From Nitrosotalea sp. (GTDB lineage: Archaea > Thermoproteota > Nitrososphaeria > Nitrososphaerales > Nitrosopumilaceae), in contig JAHEXH010000002.1 of NCBI GenBank assembly GCA_023252235.1, forward strand, positions 6,031 to 70,030: 64,000 nucleotides of DNA. Direction: 5' to 3'. Position 1 is the stretch's first letter; each line of letters opens with the position of its first letter. Below, piece after piece: positions 39,226 through 50,247 of the stretch. The translations under genes were made by a program, and so were the position numbers. The notes beneath the pieces were generated by a model. The model was not told the origin of the DNA and made no database searches. It saw only the letters and a list, made by a program, of their open reading frames with translations.

Positions 39226-40110
39226 ATGCAGGCAGTAGCCTTTGCGCCAGGTCACATTACTGGATTTTTCAAAGCTGAAGTAGAGCCAAAGGAGCCTGAG
39301 CAAAAGGGTTCCATTGGTGCAGGATTTTGCATCAAGGAAGGTGTAACAACCAAAGTCAAAGTAACAAGCTCTGACAAGCCGGGATTTAAAATAACAGTTA
39401 CTGGTTACAAGTCTGATAACACCCAAGTCTCAGAATTTGTTGTAAAGGAATTTTTCAAAATTGTAAAAGAGAATTATTTTTTGGATATTGAACATGATAC
39501 TACAATTCCAGTCGGTTATGGTCTTGGCTCAAGTGGTGCTGTTGCACTAAGTTTGGCATTTGCATTAAACAAGGCACTTGGGACAAATTTATCCAGAACA
39601 AAGATAGGCCAGATTGCTCATAATGCAGAAATTCACTGCAAGACAGGACTTGGAACTGTATTATCATCATATCATGGAGGATTTGAAATTAGGACAAAAC
39701 ATGGGGCTCCAGGAATTGGAAGTCTTCAAAAAATTCATACTGATTATTCTGCAATTGTAATTTGCTTTTCTCCAATATCAACAAAACAATTCATCAAGAC
39801 CGAACTCTCAAAGATAAATGGTCTTGGAGGAAAGATGGTTACAAAATTACTAAAATCAAGAGATCAGATGGAATTTTTAGACATGTCACTTGAATTTGCA
39901 AAGTATGTTGATGTCATAACAGAACAAATGCAACAGGTAATTGATGACCTGTCCCAAAATGGATTCAAGTCAGGAGTTGCAATGTTTGGAGAGACCATCT
40001 TTACACTAGTACCAAAGACAAAAGAGTCTCAAGTAATGAAAATTTTAGAAAAGTATGATGGAATGATAATCAAGACAGAGATAGACAAGAGCGGAGCTAG
40101 AGTCTCCTAG
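39226..40110 (+). CDS. Pantoate kinase (GHMP family)
   Basis: AFAPGHITGFF, GSIGAG, PVGYGLGSSG, AMFGET; CoA cluster context. Confidence 0.92.
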   Translation: MQAVAFAPGHITGFFKAEVEPKEPEQKGSIGAGFCIKEGVTTKVKVTSSDKPGFKITVTGYKSDNTQVSEFVVKEFFKIVKENYFLDIEHDTTIPVGYGLGSSGAVALSLAFALNKALGTNLSRTKIGQIAHNAEIHCKTGLGTVLSSYHGGFEIRTKHGAPGIGSLQKIHTDYSAIVICFSPISTKQFIKTELSKINGLGGKMVTKLLKSRDQMEFLDMSLEFAKYVDVITEQMQQVIDDLSQNGFKSGVAMFGETIFTLVPKTKESQVMKILEKYDGMIIKTEIDKSGARVS

Positions 40111-40856
40111 TGTTAATTCCAAAAACACATCCTAGGGCTGCATCCCTGCATATCAGAGAAAAGCTTGTCCACGGATTCAGAGATGGTCTAGTTGTAGAAG
40201 AGGGTCTTTTGGCCCATGGGAGAGGTGAGATGTTTGATTATCTCATAGGTGAAAAGACATCAAAGACATCTCATGATGCAATCAATGCTGCAGCAAGAGC
40301 ACTTCTCACGGCTAAATTTCCTGTCATATCAGTAAATGGCAACCTTGCTGCTCTTTGTCCAAGGGAGATTGTAGAACTATCAAAGGCTACAGGTGCAAAA
40401 ATTGAGGTGAATCTGTTTTATGCAAGTGAGAAACGGAAAAAAGCAATAGCCCAGACTCTGAAAAAGAATGGTGCTAGAGAAATACTCGGAATTGATCCCA
40501 AGTTTGCAAAAAGGATACCAAGATTGGATAGTGCAAGAAGAATTGTAGACAGGCGTGGAATTTTTTCTGCAGATGTGGTATTGGTACCATTAGAAGATGG
40601 AGATAGAACAATTGCGTTAAAGAAATTTGGGAAAAATGTAATTACATTTGATTTGAATCCAATGTCACGTACTGCACAGACTGCAGATATTACAATTGTA
40701 GATAATGTCATACGTGGAATGCCTATTCTAATTGGCACATGTAAGAAACTAACAAAAAATGGATTAGGAAAAAAATCAAAGTTTGATAATAAAAAAAACT
40801 TGGAAAAATCAATCATTACAATAAGAAAAAATTTGAGGAGAATGTCCAATGCCTAA
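40110..40856 (+). CDS. 4-phosphopantoate--beta-alanine ligase (phosphopantothenate synthetase)
   Basis: IPKTHPR, AHGRGE, SVNGN, VPLEDGDR, DLNPMSRT. Confidence 0.94.
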   Translation: MLIPKTHPRAASLHIREKLVHGFRDGLVVEEGLLAHGRGEMFDYLIGEKTSKTSHDAINAAARALLTAKFPVISVNGNLAALCPREIVELSKATGAKIEVNLFYASEKRKKAIAQTLKKNGAREILGIDPKFAKRIPRLDSARRIVDRRGIFSADVVLVPLEDGDRTIALKKFGKNVITFDLNPMSRTAQTADITIVDNVIRGMPILIGTCKKLTKNGLGKKSKFDNKKNLEKSIITIRKNLRRMSNA

Positions 40857-41682
40857 ATCTGTCAGAGACATCTTATTGATGAAAAATTCTAAAAAGATTA
40901 CTGTTATCACGGCATATGATTACACCACGTCTCAGCTTTGTGACAAGGCCGGTGTTGACATGTTACTTGTAGGAGATAGTGCAGGGATGGTTATGTTAGG
41001 ATATGACAATACAATTCCTGTTACAATGGATCAGATGTGTCTTTTCACAGAAGCTGTTGCAAGGGGAAGACAAAATGCTCTGGTTGTTGCTGACATGCCA
41101 TTCATGTCATATCAATCTAGCAAGTCACAGGCAATTGAAAATGCTGGGAGACTGATCAAGGTAGGAGCAGATGCAGTAAAACTGGAGGGCGGAACTGAGA
41201 TCAAAGATACCATACACAGTATAGTAGAGATTGGGATTCCTGTGATGGGACATATTGGATTTCAGCCACAGACTACCACATTGCAGGAAGGCTACAAGGT
41301 CCAGGCAAAGACAAAGGATTCTGCGATAAAACTAATTGAATCTGCCAAGGCCCTTGAGGAGGCAGGAGTGTTCAGTATCGCACTAGAAATGGTTACAAAA
41401 GAGGTCTCAAAGATGATCTCAAGTTCCATTAGAATACCAACAATTGGAATTGGTTCTGGTCCTGATTGTGATGGACAGGTGCTTGTTGTCCACGATGTTT
41501 TAGGATTGTATGAAAAAATAAAACCAAAGTTTGCAAAAAGATACTTGGAATTATCTTCAGATATTGTAAAAGCTGTCGAGTCTTACAGAAATGATGTAGT
41601 GTCAGGCAAGTTTCCTGATACAGAGCATTCTTTTTCCATGGATAAATCTGAACTAGAGAGGTTGAAAAAAGAACTTGGTTGA
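40849..41682 (+). CDS. panB: Ketopantoate hydroxymethyltransferase
   Basis: TAYD, LVGDS, ADMPF, VKLEGG, IGIGSG..DGQVLV. Confidence 0.97.
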   Translation: MPKSVRDILLMKNSKKITVITAYDYTTSQLCDKAGVDMLLVGDSAGMVMLGYDNTIPVTMDQMCLFTEAVARGRQNALVVADMPFMSYQSSKSQAIENAGRLIKVGADAVKLEGGTEIKDTIHSIVEIGIPVMGHIGFQPQTTTLQEGYKVQAKTKDSAIKLIESAKALEEAGVFSIALEMVTKEVSKMISSSIRIPTIGIGSGPDCDGQVLVVHDVLGLYEKIKPKFAKRYLELSSDIVKAVESYRNDVVSGKFPDTEHSFSMDKSELERLKKELG

Positions 41683-42910
41683 AAAACATCCTTCTTTGGA
41701 TATAGTAGGCTCTGATGGAACAGAACTTGCAGAAAAGAAAATTATTTTATGCATATCAGGAAGCGTTGCAGCATACAAGTCAATTGAGCTAGCTAGGTTA
41801 TTCATGCGACATGGTGCAGATGTTACTTGTGTTGCAAGCAAAGCTGCAACTGACTTGATAAAGCCAAGCTACTTCAAGTGGGCAACAGGAAATGAAGTAA
41901 TAACAAAATTAACTGGAAATTTGGAGCACATCAAGGTTGCAGATTACAAACAGTCTGATTGTATAGTTGTTTATCCATGTACTGCAAATACACTTGGGAA
42001 ATTGGCAAACGGAATTGATGATACGCCAATATCTACTGTGCTAAGTGTAGGATTGGGTTCGAAAATTCCAATTGTTATTGGGCTTGCAATGCACCAGGCA
42101 ATGTATGAAAATCCTGCAGTTGTAAAAAATATCGAGTTTTTGAAAAGTAAGGTTGATTTTATCTCTCCAAACTTTGTTGAGGGAAAGGCAAAAGCTGCAG
42201 AGCCTGAAGAGATACTGGATAAGATATTGCAAAAGTTTGGCTCTTCATCCGTTCTCAAGGGAAAAAAGGTACTCATCACTGCTGGTCCCACCATAGAATA
42301 CATCGATCCTGTTAGAGTCATAACAAACCAGAGCACTGGCAAGACCGGAGTCTTGTTGGCATCAGAATTTGTCTCGGCAGGCTCCAAGGTTACCATGATT
42401 TATGGTCCCGGAACAGATATTCCACCTAAAGGTATCAAGGTTATACGAGTAGAGACTAGCTCTGAGATGAGTAATGCACTAAAAAAAGAATTACGACAAA
42501 AATATGATATTGTAATACTTGCAGCAGCCGCTTCAGATTATACTCCAGAAAAACCAAGCAAGACCAAGCTCAATAGTGATCTTCTTCGAATCTCGTTGAA
42601 GCTAAAAAGAGTGCCAAAGATGATCAACGATATTAAAAAAATCCAGAGTAATGTATTTCTTGTAGGATTCAAGGCAGAGAGTAATATTTCAAAAAAAGAT
42701 TTGATAAACAAGGCAAGAGAAAAATTGATTCAATCAGATTGTGATCTTGTTATAGCAAATGACATAGGTACTAAGCGATACAAGGAGAATCCAGATTACA
42801 ATAATGTGATATCTGTCAATTCAAAAACTGTCACTGAGTCAGGATGGAAAAGCAAGTCGAAAATTGTGAAATTTATTAGAAATGAAATAGAAAACAAGTT
42901 TACAGGATAA
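41675..42910 (+). CDS. coaBC: Bifunctional phosphopantothenoylcysteine decarboxylase/synthetase
   Basis: SGSVAAYK, PCTAN, TAGPTIEYIDPVR, VGFKAE, IAND. Confidence 0.96.
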   Translation: MVEKHPSLDIVGSDGTELAEKKIILCISGSVAAYKSIELARLFMRHGADVTCVASKAATDLIKPSYFKWATGNEVITKLTGNLEHIKVADYKQSDCIVVYPCTANTLGKLANGIDDTPISTVLSVGLGSKIPIVIGLAMHQAMYENPAVVKNIEFLKSKVDFISPNFVEGKAKAAEPEEILDKILQKFGSSSVLKGKKVLITAGPTIEYIDPVRVITNQSTGKTGVLLASEFVSAGSKVTMIYGPGTDIPPKGIKVIRVETSSEMSNALKKELRQKYDIVILAAAASDYTPEKPSKTKLNSDLLRISLKLKRVPKMINDIKKIQSNVFLVGFKAESNISKKDLINKAREKLIQSDCDLVIANDIGTKRYKENPDYNNVISVNSKTVTESGWKSKSKIVKFIRNEIENKFTG

Positions 42911-43030
42911 TTACAGTCAAACTAAAAGAGGACTATTCCCAGAAGAATACGTCGATAGCAAGTAAAAAGAGTCCCCCACTCGTGCGTAAAAAATCCGCCA
43001 TAACTAGAGTGATGATGTCAGTGGGATTTG

Positions 43031-43858
43031 TTAGGAGTTCAATTCTTTTTTTGATTGTATTGTAGTAAATAACATGTAAGCAAATGAGACCGCTACTGCA
43101 ACAAATGCAAAGACAAACCCATAATGCTCATAGTAGTATCCTGTAATTTCTTCAGCTGGCTTTACAACTACCATTTTTTTACTTTCAGATACATCGATAA
43201 GAGCTGGAGGAAGTTTTGTTTCACCTTCAGATTTTGGGTAGTAATCTATAGTAATTTGCCCATGTGCGTCAGGGGTCATGACATTGGGACTATCTAATGC
43301 GAAGGCATAATTTCCATCCTTTGCATACTCTATGTCCTCCGTATCATCATAACTGTAAGTCACATTATTTTTCTGAAGGTGAATTGTTGCAGTTGAACTT
43401 TCATCATGCGTATTTGAACTAACTAAACTGGCTCCAACAAATTTTATATCATAAGTGTTAGGCATTTCATTCCAAAAACTATCCACACTACCTCCAAAAT
43501 CTTTGGAATCTAGAACCATGTTAGCTACTACTTTGACTGGATTTTCTGCACATAGACAAGTTGTTTTTAATTCCACCCCTCCAGTCATATTCATAAATCC
43601 CATCGATGTATGCCCTGTGAAAGTATTGCCGTGTCTTATTACACTCCTATCATACTGTACCAAATATTCAATAGAGTAGTTGTTGGGATGAGTAAATATT
43701 CGATCAAGATTTCCATTCAAAGATAACAATACTAGAACTATAAACGCTGTAAGAATTATTGATAACGCAATTATTTTATTTCTCCTGTATTTTTCAAATG
43801 CTTTTGTATCTGCCAATCCTTTCTTTTTGGATTTATGGTTGTCATGATGTTTGACCAA
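43031..43858 (-). CDS. Hypothetical membrane protein (N- and C-terminal TM around an extracellular domain)
   Basis: Two hydrophobic stretches; no recognisable family. Confidence 0.65.
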   Translation of the reverse strand: MVKHHDNHKSKKKGLADTKAFEKYRRNKIIALSIILTAFIVLVLLSLNGNLDRIFTHPNNYSIEYLVQYDRSVIRHGNTFTGHTSMGFMNMTGGVELKTTCLCAENPVKVVANMVLDSKDFGGSVDSFWNEMPNTYDIKFVGASLVSSNTHDESSTATIHLQKNNVTYSYDDTEDIEYAKDGNYAFALDSPNVMTPDAHGQITIDYYPKSEGETKLPPALIDVSESKKMVVVKPAEEITGYYYEHYGFVFAFVAVAVSFAYMLFTTIQSKKELNS

Positions 43859-44044
43859 TTTGATTGATCTCAGATAGTAAGTATTTATCGTTTGTCCACA
43901 CTTTTTTAGAATTAATGTTTCACAAAATAATTTAATGAAATCGGTAAAGAATCAATCATCTTTCCATCATTGATGTCTTTCAATCTCCCCAGCCAAAATC
44001 TTTTCTTATCTACATTCAGATGAAACTTCTTTACTATTTTTAAT

Positions 44045-45106
44045 TTAGATTACAATCAATTCTTTTGTAAACTTGTGCATGACTTCAACTTTATTTCCAA
44101 CAATAACAGAGTCCTCAATTCGCACACCAAACTTTCTTGGAATGTAAATGCCAGGCTCTACTGTTACTGCCATGTTCTTTGACAATACAGCTGTACTGGA
44201 TGGACCAAGGTTTGGCAGTTCATGAACTTCGAGTCCTATGCCATGACCTGTCGAGTGGATAAAATATTTTCCATATTTTTTCTTTTCAATTAATTTTCTG
44301 CAAGCATCGTCAACAGATTTGCATGTTACATTTGGTTTTACAGCTTCTAGTCCTGCCTCTTGTGATTGTCTTACAATTTCATAGACTTTTTTTGCTTCCA
44401 CAGATACTGAACCAAGACCAAATGTCCTGGTTGCATCTGATACATATCCCTTGTATCGCAATGTAAGATCAACTACAATCATGTCACCACTCTTGAATTT
44501 CCTGTCAGTTACTTGTGCATGCGGAAGGGAACCATTTGGACCTCCTGCTATAATCAAAGGATTCAGAGTTGACTTGTATCCAGTTGCAAACATGCCTCTC
44601 TCCGTGGCATATTGCATCAGTATGGTTTGAAGCTGGGCCTCTGTCTGGCCTATCATCAGTTCATCTACACACATCTCATACATTTCATCTAGTATCGAGG
44701 ATGCTTTTCTTAGTAGAATAATCTCTTGCTGATCTTTTACTTCTCTTGCACGATAAAACGGATCAGTTGAAGAACGTATTGAAGGAAGAGACCTCTTTAG
44801 ATTCTCTACTATACTGTAACTATCACTGTCCGTACACACTTTTCTTCCCTTTAGCATCTTGATTATAGTAGCAAGGGAACCCTTTCCACGCTCTGATTTG
44901 ACTACATCACAGCCAGTAGACTCTTCTTTTACACGCCCCATCTCAAGTTCTGGAGAGACAATAGTACAGCCGTTTTTATCCAATATTCCAATTGCCTCGC
45001 CCCAAAATCCAGTCATGTAAAACAGGTTTTCAGGCTCAAATGCAACTAGCGTATCACATCCCATGTTACCACAATATTTTAAAAGATTCTTTCTGCGTTG
45101 ATTCAA
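44045..45106 (-). CDS. Xaa-Pro aminopeptidase (M24B)
   Basis: GYVSDATRT, HSTGHGIGLEVHE, VEPGIY, GVRIED. Confidence 0.95.
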   Translation of the reverse strand: MNQRRKNLLKYCGNMGCDTLVAFEPENLFYMTGFWGEAIGILDKNGCTIVSPELEMGRVKEESTGCDVVKSERGKGSLATIIKMLKGRKVCTDSDSYSIVENLKRSLPSIRSSTDPFYRAREVKDQQEIILLRKASSILDEMYEMCVDELMIGQTEAQLQTILMQYATERGMFATGYKSTLNPLIIAGGPNGSLPHAQVTDRKFKSGDMIVVDLTLRYKGYVSDATRTFGLGSVSVEAKKVYEIVRQSQEAGLEAVKPNVTCKSVDDACRKLIEKKKYGKYFIHSTGHGIGLEVHELPNLGPSSTAVLSKNMAVTVEPGIYIPRKFGVRIEDSVIVGNKVEVMHKFTKELIVI

Positions 45107-45138
45107 TACAACAACTCTAACCCTTTACTATTTTATAT

Positions 45139-46185
45139 TTGCTGGAAGGTTTAGATATTGGAAAAAGACTTTCTGGATTTGTGGAAGAGAAAAAGAAAGT
45201 TGTAGCATTACTATCAGGAGGACTAGACAGTAGACTAGCAGTAAAAATGATGCAAAACCAAGGGTTTGATGTTACTGCAGTTGCGATAAAAACTCCGTTT
45301 TGTGATTTTGATTGTGGTAGAGGTTGCGGATTTGAAATTAGAGAGACTGCAGACTCTCTAGGTGTTGATCTCAAAACTGTATACCTTGGTGATGATTATA
45401 TCGAGATGCTAAAAAATCCAAAACACGGTTATGGATCTGGCATGAATCCATGTATTGATTGCAGATCAATGATGTTCAAGGCTGGCAAAAAAGTAATGGA
45501 CGATATTGGTGCAGAATTTATCATATCGGGCGAAGTTCTTGGCCAAAGACCAATGAGCCAGTTTGCTCCAGCATTGAAAACAATAGAAAAAGAATCCGGA
45601 CTTGAAGGAATTATAGTTAGACCACTTTCTGCTGCATTGTTACCACCAACACAGCCTGAAATTGATGGAATAATCAAAAGAGAAAACCTCGGAATGATCC
45701 GTGGACGCTCAAGAAAAGAACAATTGAAGATGGCAAAAGAATTTGGTTTTGACAACCCACCAAATGCAGGAGGTGGATGTTTACTTACTGATCCTGCATT
45801 TGCAATTAGGACAAAGGATCTTTTCCACCATATAGGGACACCAACAACAAATGACATTGATCTTCTAAAGATTGGAAGACATTTCAGATTTGATAATAAA
45901 ACGAAATTAATTGTTGGAAGACACAAGGATGAAAATGAAATGCTAAAAGCTCTTGCGTTACCTGGTGATGTTTTACTTGATACAAAGGATCATGTCGGTC
46001 CAATCTCAATGTTGCGTGGTGATGATTCTGAGAAAAATCTCAAATTAGCTGCAGCTATCACATTACGATATTCGGATGCGCCAAAAGACCAGTCATGTAT
46101 AGTACTAACAGAAAAGAATGATACAAAATCAGAGATTTCTACTGCTTCAGTTGCAGAGTCAGAATATCTCCAGTACAGAATTTAG
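45139..46185 (+). CDS. PP-loop tRNA thiolase-like protein (ThiI/MnmA-related) with C-terminal DUF814-like region
   Basis: LLSGGLDS, NPCIDCR, GEVLGQRPMSQ, GGCLLTD, GRHFR, VGR..ENE. Confidence 0.85.
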   Translation: MLEGLDIGKRLSGFVEEKKKVVALLSGGLDSRLAVKMMQNQGFDVTAVAIKTPFCDFDCGRGCGFEIRETADSLGVDLKTVYLGDDYIEMLKNPKHGYGSGMNPCIDCRSMMFKAGKKVMDDIGAEFIISGEVLGQRPMSQFAPALKTIEKESGLEGIIVRPLSAALLPPTQPEIDGIIKRENLGMIRGRSRKEQLKMAKEFGFDNPPNAGGGCLLTDPAFAIRTKDLFHHIGTPTTNDIDLLKIGRHFRFDNKTKLIVGRHKDENEMLKALALPGDVLLDTKDHVGPISMLRGDDSEKNLKLAAAITLRYSDAPKDQSCIVLTEKNDTKSEISTASVAESEYLQYRI

Positions 46186-46257
46186 TCGTACAACCCAATC
46201 TGTGAATTGCATTTGACTGCAAAGACTTTTTGAGGGAGTTGATCGCTTACAAATGGT

Positions 46258-46536
46258 ATGCAGACACAAAAGGCTCCCACGTACCTCAAGGCAATAACTT
46301 TGAGGGACTATAGTGATGTCCATAGTGTAAAGGAGGATATCAAAAAGGGAATGATTCTAGTTCTCAGGGTAACCCCACTTGCACAAAAAAATGTGGATGA
46401 GCTTAGAAAGGCAGTAGAAGAGATCTACAGTATTGCAAAAAATGCTGATGCAGATATCGCAAGACTTGGTGAAGAGAGGATTATTGTTACTCCATCTGGA
46501 GTAAAGATCTGGAGAGCCGAGTACGATCTAAAGTAA
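46258..46536 (+). CDS. sepF: SepF/DUF552 family protein
   Basis: VKEDIKKGMILVL...ADIARLGEERIIVTPSGVKI. Confidence 0.85.
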   Translation: MQTQKAPTYLKAITLRDYSDVHSVKEDIKKGMILVLRVTPLAQKNVDELRKAVEEIYSIAKNADADIARLGEERIIVTPSGVKIWRAEYDLK

Positions 46537-48459
46537 TCTGATTCCTTCTTGTACTTGTGGACAGGTTGTTGCAATTCTAAACATTCTGTGCACTGAGCTT
46601 GCCAAGTTTTCACACTTGCGTCGCTCACCGTGATTTACTATAACTCTTCTAAGTTTTGGTCTGAGTCTGTGGATATATGACATTAATTGGTTGTAATCAC
46701 TGTGACCACTAAACCCATCAAGTTTTTCAGTTGAACAGTTGATATTGATTACTTCAATTTTTCCATCTTTTCCAACAACAGAGACTTGTCTTGATCCATC
46801 AAGAACTCTTCTTCCCAAAGTACCATTTACCTGATATGATACAAACAAGATCTTGTTTTTCTGGACCGGTGCAATATTTTTAAAGTATTCAAGTACTGGT
46901 CCACCTTCTAACATACCAGACGTTGCCATAATTATAGATGGTCCTTCACGCAATGGCTCTTCTCTTGCATCAGAATGTTCAATGTTTGTGAAATATTCAG
47001 AATCAAACGGATTATCATCTGTCTCAAGGATCTTTTGTCTGAGTTCCCGTGCAAGATACTCTGGATAAGATTCATGAATTGCAGTAGCCTCTGATATCAT
47101 TCCCTCTGTAAATACAGGAGCTTCCATTAGTTGTCCTTGTTTCATGTATTGATCGATTACCATCATTAATTCCTGTGCACGACCTACTGCAGGAATTGGA
47201 ATAAGCACCTTACCGCCATTTCGTAGTGTCTCATTTACAGATTTGATAAATGCAGCCTCTACTTCTTCTCTTGTTGACTGGATGTCTTCTTTGGCACCAT
47301 AAGTACTCTCAATTAGCAAGGTCTCAACTCTTGGAAAGTTCCAAGAAGCGCTCTCAAAGAGCATAGATTTTCCATATTTTAGATCGCCTGTATAGACAAA
47401 GTTGTGATTACCATTTCCTATATGGAAGTGGCAGCTTGCAGAACCCAAAATGTGTCCTGCATTTGAAAATACTAGTTTGATATCAGGTGAGATATCAGTT
47501 ACAGTTCCATAGGATAATGGTATAGTCTGCTTCATGACCTGCTTTACATCACGCTCAGAGTATAGCGGAACCCTACCTTGTGCTGCTGCGACTTTAATCG
47601 CATCAAGCTGAATTAGGTTCATCATGGGTAAAGTTGGCTCTGTGCAATAGATAGGACCCTTGTAGCCATACTTGAACAAGACTGGCAGAAATCCCGTATG
47701 ATCTAGGTGAGCATGGCTAATTACTACAGCATCAAGTTCGTCTAGTGTTATGTTTGGCCAGTCAAGGCGAGGATATGCATCTATGGGATTTCTTGCACCG
47801 GGGTTTATTCCACAGTCAATTAGGATCTTGCTTTCATGAGTAGTAAGCAACATACAAGATCTTCCTACTTGACTAAAGCCCCCTAATGTCATCAATGAGA
47901 CTTCGGCATCTTCAGATAGTTTTGGTCTGAATATTTGCTCACCAACTTGTCTGAGGTGTTTGCTTCGCTCAGTTGAGGAAATTTTTAGATTATAATTGAT
48001 AGTTTGAATTGTGGAAGATTGACTTGCAGTTGCCTTTCTGATTCGTACTCTCCAGCCAGTCTTTGAAACAATTTCTGGCATGTTAAAGGCTTCAGGATTG
48101 TTAAGAAGCCACGGACGTTTTACATCAACTGTCATCTCACCTATTGCAGTATCAAAGAAAGTTCCTCCAAGTTCTGCCTCTTTTGGAAGCATTTGAGTTA
48201 AAATCTGTCTTGATTCTTCTTCGCTCTTTCTGATTGATTCTTCTGTTCTAACTACAATTCTTTTTTTGATGACATTTACCATGTTAGAGATTACTTCGTT
48301 ATGCTCCATCAAATATTTTGGATTCTTGGTATAGATTGCAATCCTTGGTCCTTCATAATCTATCTTGGTTACATCAGCTTCTTTGGGTATACTTTGCAGT
48401 ATTGTTGCCATTATGTTTTGGGCTGGAGATAGTTCACGTTGTGCTTGTTTTCTTTGCAT
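46528..48459 (-). CDS. fttA: Archaeal beta-CASP ribonuclease aCPSF1 (transcription termination factor)
   Basis: KH-like N-terminus, VGRSC, HAHLDH, GHILG, GFSGHSD, NHGE; adjacent to proteasome beta gene. Confidence 0.96.
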   Translation of the reverse strand: MQRKQAQRELSPAQNIMATILQSIPKEADVTKIDYEGPRIAIYTKNPKYLMEHNEVISNMVNVIKKRIVVRTEESIRKSEEESRQILTQMLPKEAELGGTFFDTAIGEMTVDVKRPWLLNNPEAFNMPEIVSKTGWRVRIRKATASQSSTIQTINYNLKISSTERSKHLRQVGEQIFRPKLSEDAEVSLMTLGGFSQVGRSCMLLTTHESKILIDCGINPGARNPIDAYPRLDWPNITLDELDAVVISHAHLDHTGFLPVLFKYGYKGPIYCTEPTLPMMNLIQLDAIKVAAAQGRVPLYSERDVKQVMKQTIPLSYGTVTDISPDIKLVFSNAGHILGSASCHFHIGNGNHNFVYTGDLKYGKSMLFESASWNFPRVETLLIESTYGAKEDIQSTREEVEAAFIKSVNETLRNGGKVLIPIPAVGRAQELMMVIDQYMKQGQLMEAPVFTEGMISEATAIHESYPEYLARELRQKILETDDNPFDSEYFTNIEHSDAREEPLREGPSIIMATSGMLEGGPVLEYFKNIAPVQKNKILFVSYQVNGTLGRRVLDGSRQVSVVGKDGKIEVININCSTEKLDGFSGHSDYNQLMSYIHRLRPKLRRVIVNHGERRKCENLASSVHRMFRIATTCPQVQEGIRLL

Positions 48460-48466
48460 TAAATCA

Positions 48467-49099
48467 CTAAAGCGTAATTATGGCCTTCTTCTGGTCTTTT
48501 GTTAAGAGTCGGTATCCTTGTTTGTCGATTATTGCGACATTAATTCCATCACCTGTTCCAATGTTTCTTGTGATTGCAGCTTTTACCGCTCTTAGGGCAA
48601 TTATTTTTCCCTCTTCTACTGTTAGGCCATCACGATACTCATTTTCCAAGAGACCGTATGCTACTGGAGAACCACTTCCAGTTGTTACGTATGTTTTTTT
48701 ATCAAGTGATCCGAACATATCGATGTTGTAAAGTGCCGGACCCTGGTTATCATATCCTCCTACTAGGATATCAGCAATAAATGGATAGTATCTATTTTGG
48801 AAGAAGATCAATGATGCTAGTCTTGCAATTGATTTGATTGGCAGATATTCTTGTTTTTCTATTCTGTGTATGTTTGAGTGATATCGCAACATGTCTGTAA
48901 CATTTTGTGCATCTGCAACACCACCTGCAATTGTCATTCCTGCATGATTATCGATCTTTTGGATCTTCATTGTATTGTTATTTGCTATGAAATATCCTGC
49001 GCTTGCTCTCATATCTGCGCATAAAACTACTCCGTCAGTACAGTGTATTCCAACTGTAGTTGTTCCGTGGTATGTGTGTTGTTCGATATAGTCTGACAA
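48467..49099 (-). CDS. psmB: Proteasome beta subunit
   Basis: Propeptide then HG/TTTVG; TGSGS; GDG. Confidence 0.96.
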   Translation of the reverse strand: MSDYIEQHTYHGTTTVGIHCTDGVVLCADMRASAGYFIANNNTMKIQKIDNHAGMTIAGGVADAQNVTDMLRYHSNIHRIEKQEYLPIKSIARLASLIFFQNRYYPFIADILVGGYDNQGPALYNIDMFGSLDKKTYVTTGSGSPVAYGLLENEYRDGLTVEEGKIIALRAVKAAITRNIGTGDGINVAIIDKQGYRLLTKDQKKAIITL

Positions 49100-49195
49100 A
49101 TAACTTACTCCTAACTTGAGATACTGTCGGTTTGGAATTTACCCGCTTAAATAACTTTGGATCATCTAGGATATCGATAAATAACCAAGTTTCAA

Positions 49196-50245
49196 GTGAA
49201 AACCATGGCTTCTCATATAATGGAGCTACCAAGAAAGATACTCATAGGTGAGAACAATATTTCTGACGTAGGAAATTTTCTCGCAGGCCTATCAGGTCCA
49301 AAGAAGGTTTCTCTAGTTTCAGGTGACAAAGTAAGAAAAATAATAGATAAGAAGATTTCAGCATCACTTTTAGATTCGAAAATAAAGTACGTATGGCATC
49401 GTAGTACAAGTAATGATGTTGAAGCTGCAAAAAAAACACTCTTTGACATAAAGAAAGACAAAAGTGATTTGATTATTGGAATTGGTGGAGGTAGATCTGT
49501 TGATATTGCAAAAATGATTGCATTTACGCTAAAGAAACCATTTGTAAGTATTCCAACTTCTGCATCACATGATGGTATTGCAAGTCCCTTTGTTTCCTTG
49601 CGTGGAGACAAGCCATATTCTATCATTGCAACCGCACCACTTGGAGTCTTTGTAGATATTGCAATTCTAAAGAAAGCTCCAAGAAGACTTTTAGCTAGCG
49701 GTTGTGGTGATCTGATGGCCAAAGTTACTGCAGTACGAGATTGGGAACTTGCAAGAGATGAAGTTGGCGAGTATTTTGGAACTTATGCAGCAAATTTGGC
49801 ATCGATGAGTGCAAAGATAGTTATCGATAATTCAAAAAATTTCAAGAAAAATCCAGATGTTAGAATGATTGTTGAAGCTTTGATTAGTTCAGGTGTGGCT
49901 GCCTGTATTGCAGGAAGTAGTAGGCCATGTTCTGGTGCTGAACATTTGTTTTCTCATGCAGTTGATCATCTCAAACCGGGTGTTGGTCTACATGGAGAAA
50001 AATGTGGTATTGGTGCCATATTGATTGCAAAGATTCAAGGTCAAGATTGGAAAAAAATAATTCAGATGCTAAAAAATGTCGGGGCACCAACCAAGGCAAA
50101 AGAGATTGGACTTGAACCAAAGATTCTTGCAAAAGCATTGACAATTGCTCAATCATTAAGACCTGAAAGATACACGATTCTAAGTAAGGTAAAGATGAAT
50201 GAAGAAAAAGCTATAGAGATTGCAAAAAGTACTGGTGTGTTATAG
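49196..50245 (+). CDS. egsA: sn-glycerol-1-phosphate dehydrogenase
   Basis: GGGRSVD, SHDGIASP, SRPCSGAEHLFSH, HGEKCG. Confidence 0.96.
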   Translation: MKTMASHIMELPRKILIGENNISDVGNFLAGLSGPKKVSLVSGDKVRKIIDKKISASLLDSKIKYVWHRSTSNDVEAAKKTLFDIKKDKSDLIIGIGGGRSVDIAKMIAFTLKKPFVSIPTSASHDGIASPFVSLRGDKPYSIIATAPLGVFVDIAILKKAPRRLLASGCGDLMAKVTAVRDWELARDEVGEYFGTYAANLASMSAKIVIDNSKNFKKNPDVRMIVEALISSGVAACIAGSSRPCSGAEHLFSHAVDHLKPGVGLHGEKCGIGAILIAKIQGQDWKKIIQMLKNVGAPTKAKEIGLEPKILAKALTIAQSLRPERYTILSKVKMNEEKAIEIAKSTGVL

Positions 50246-50247
50246 TT

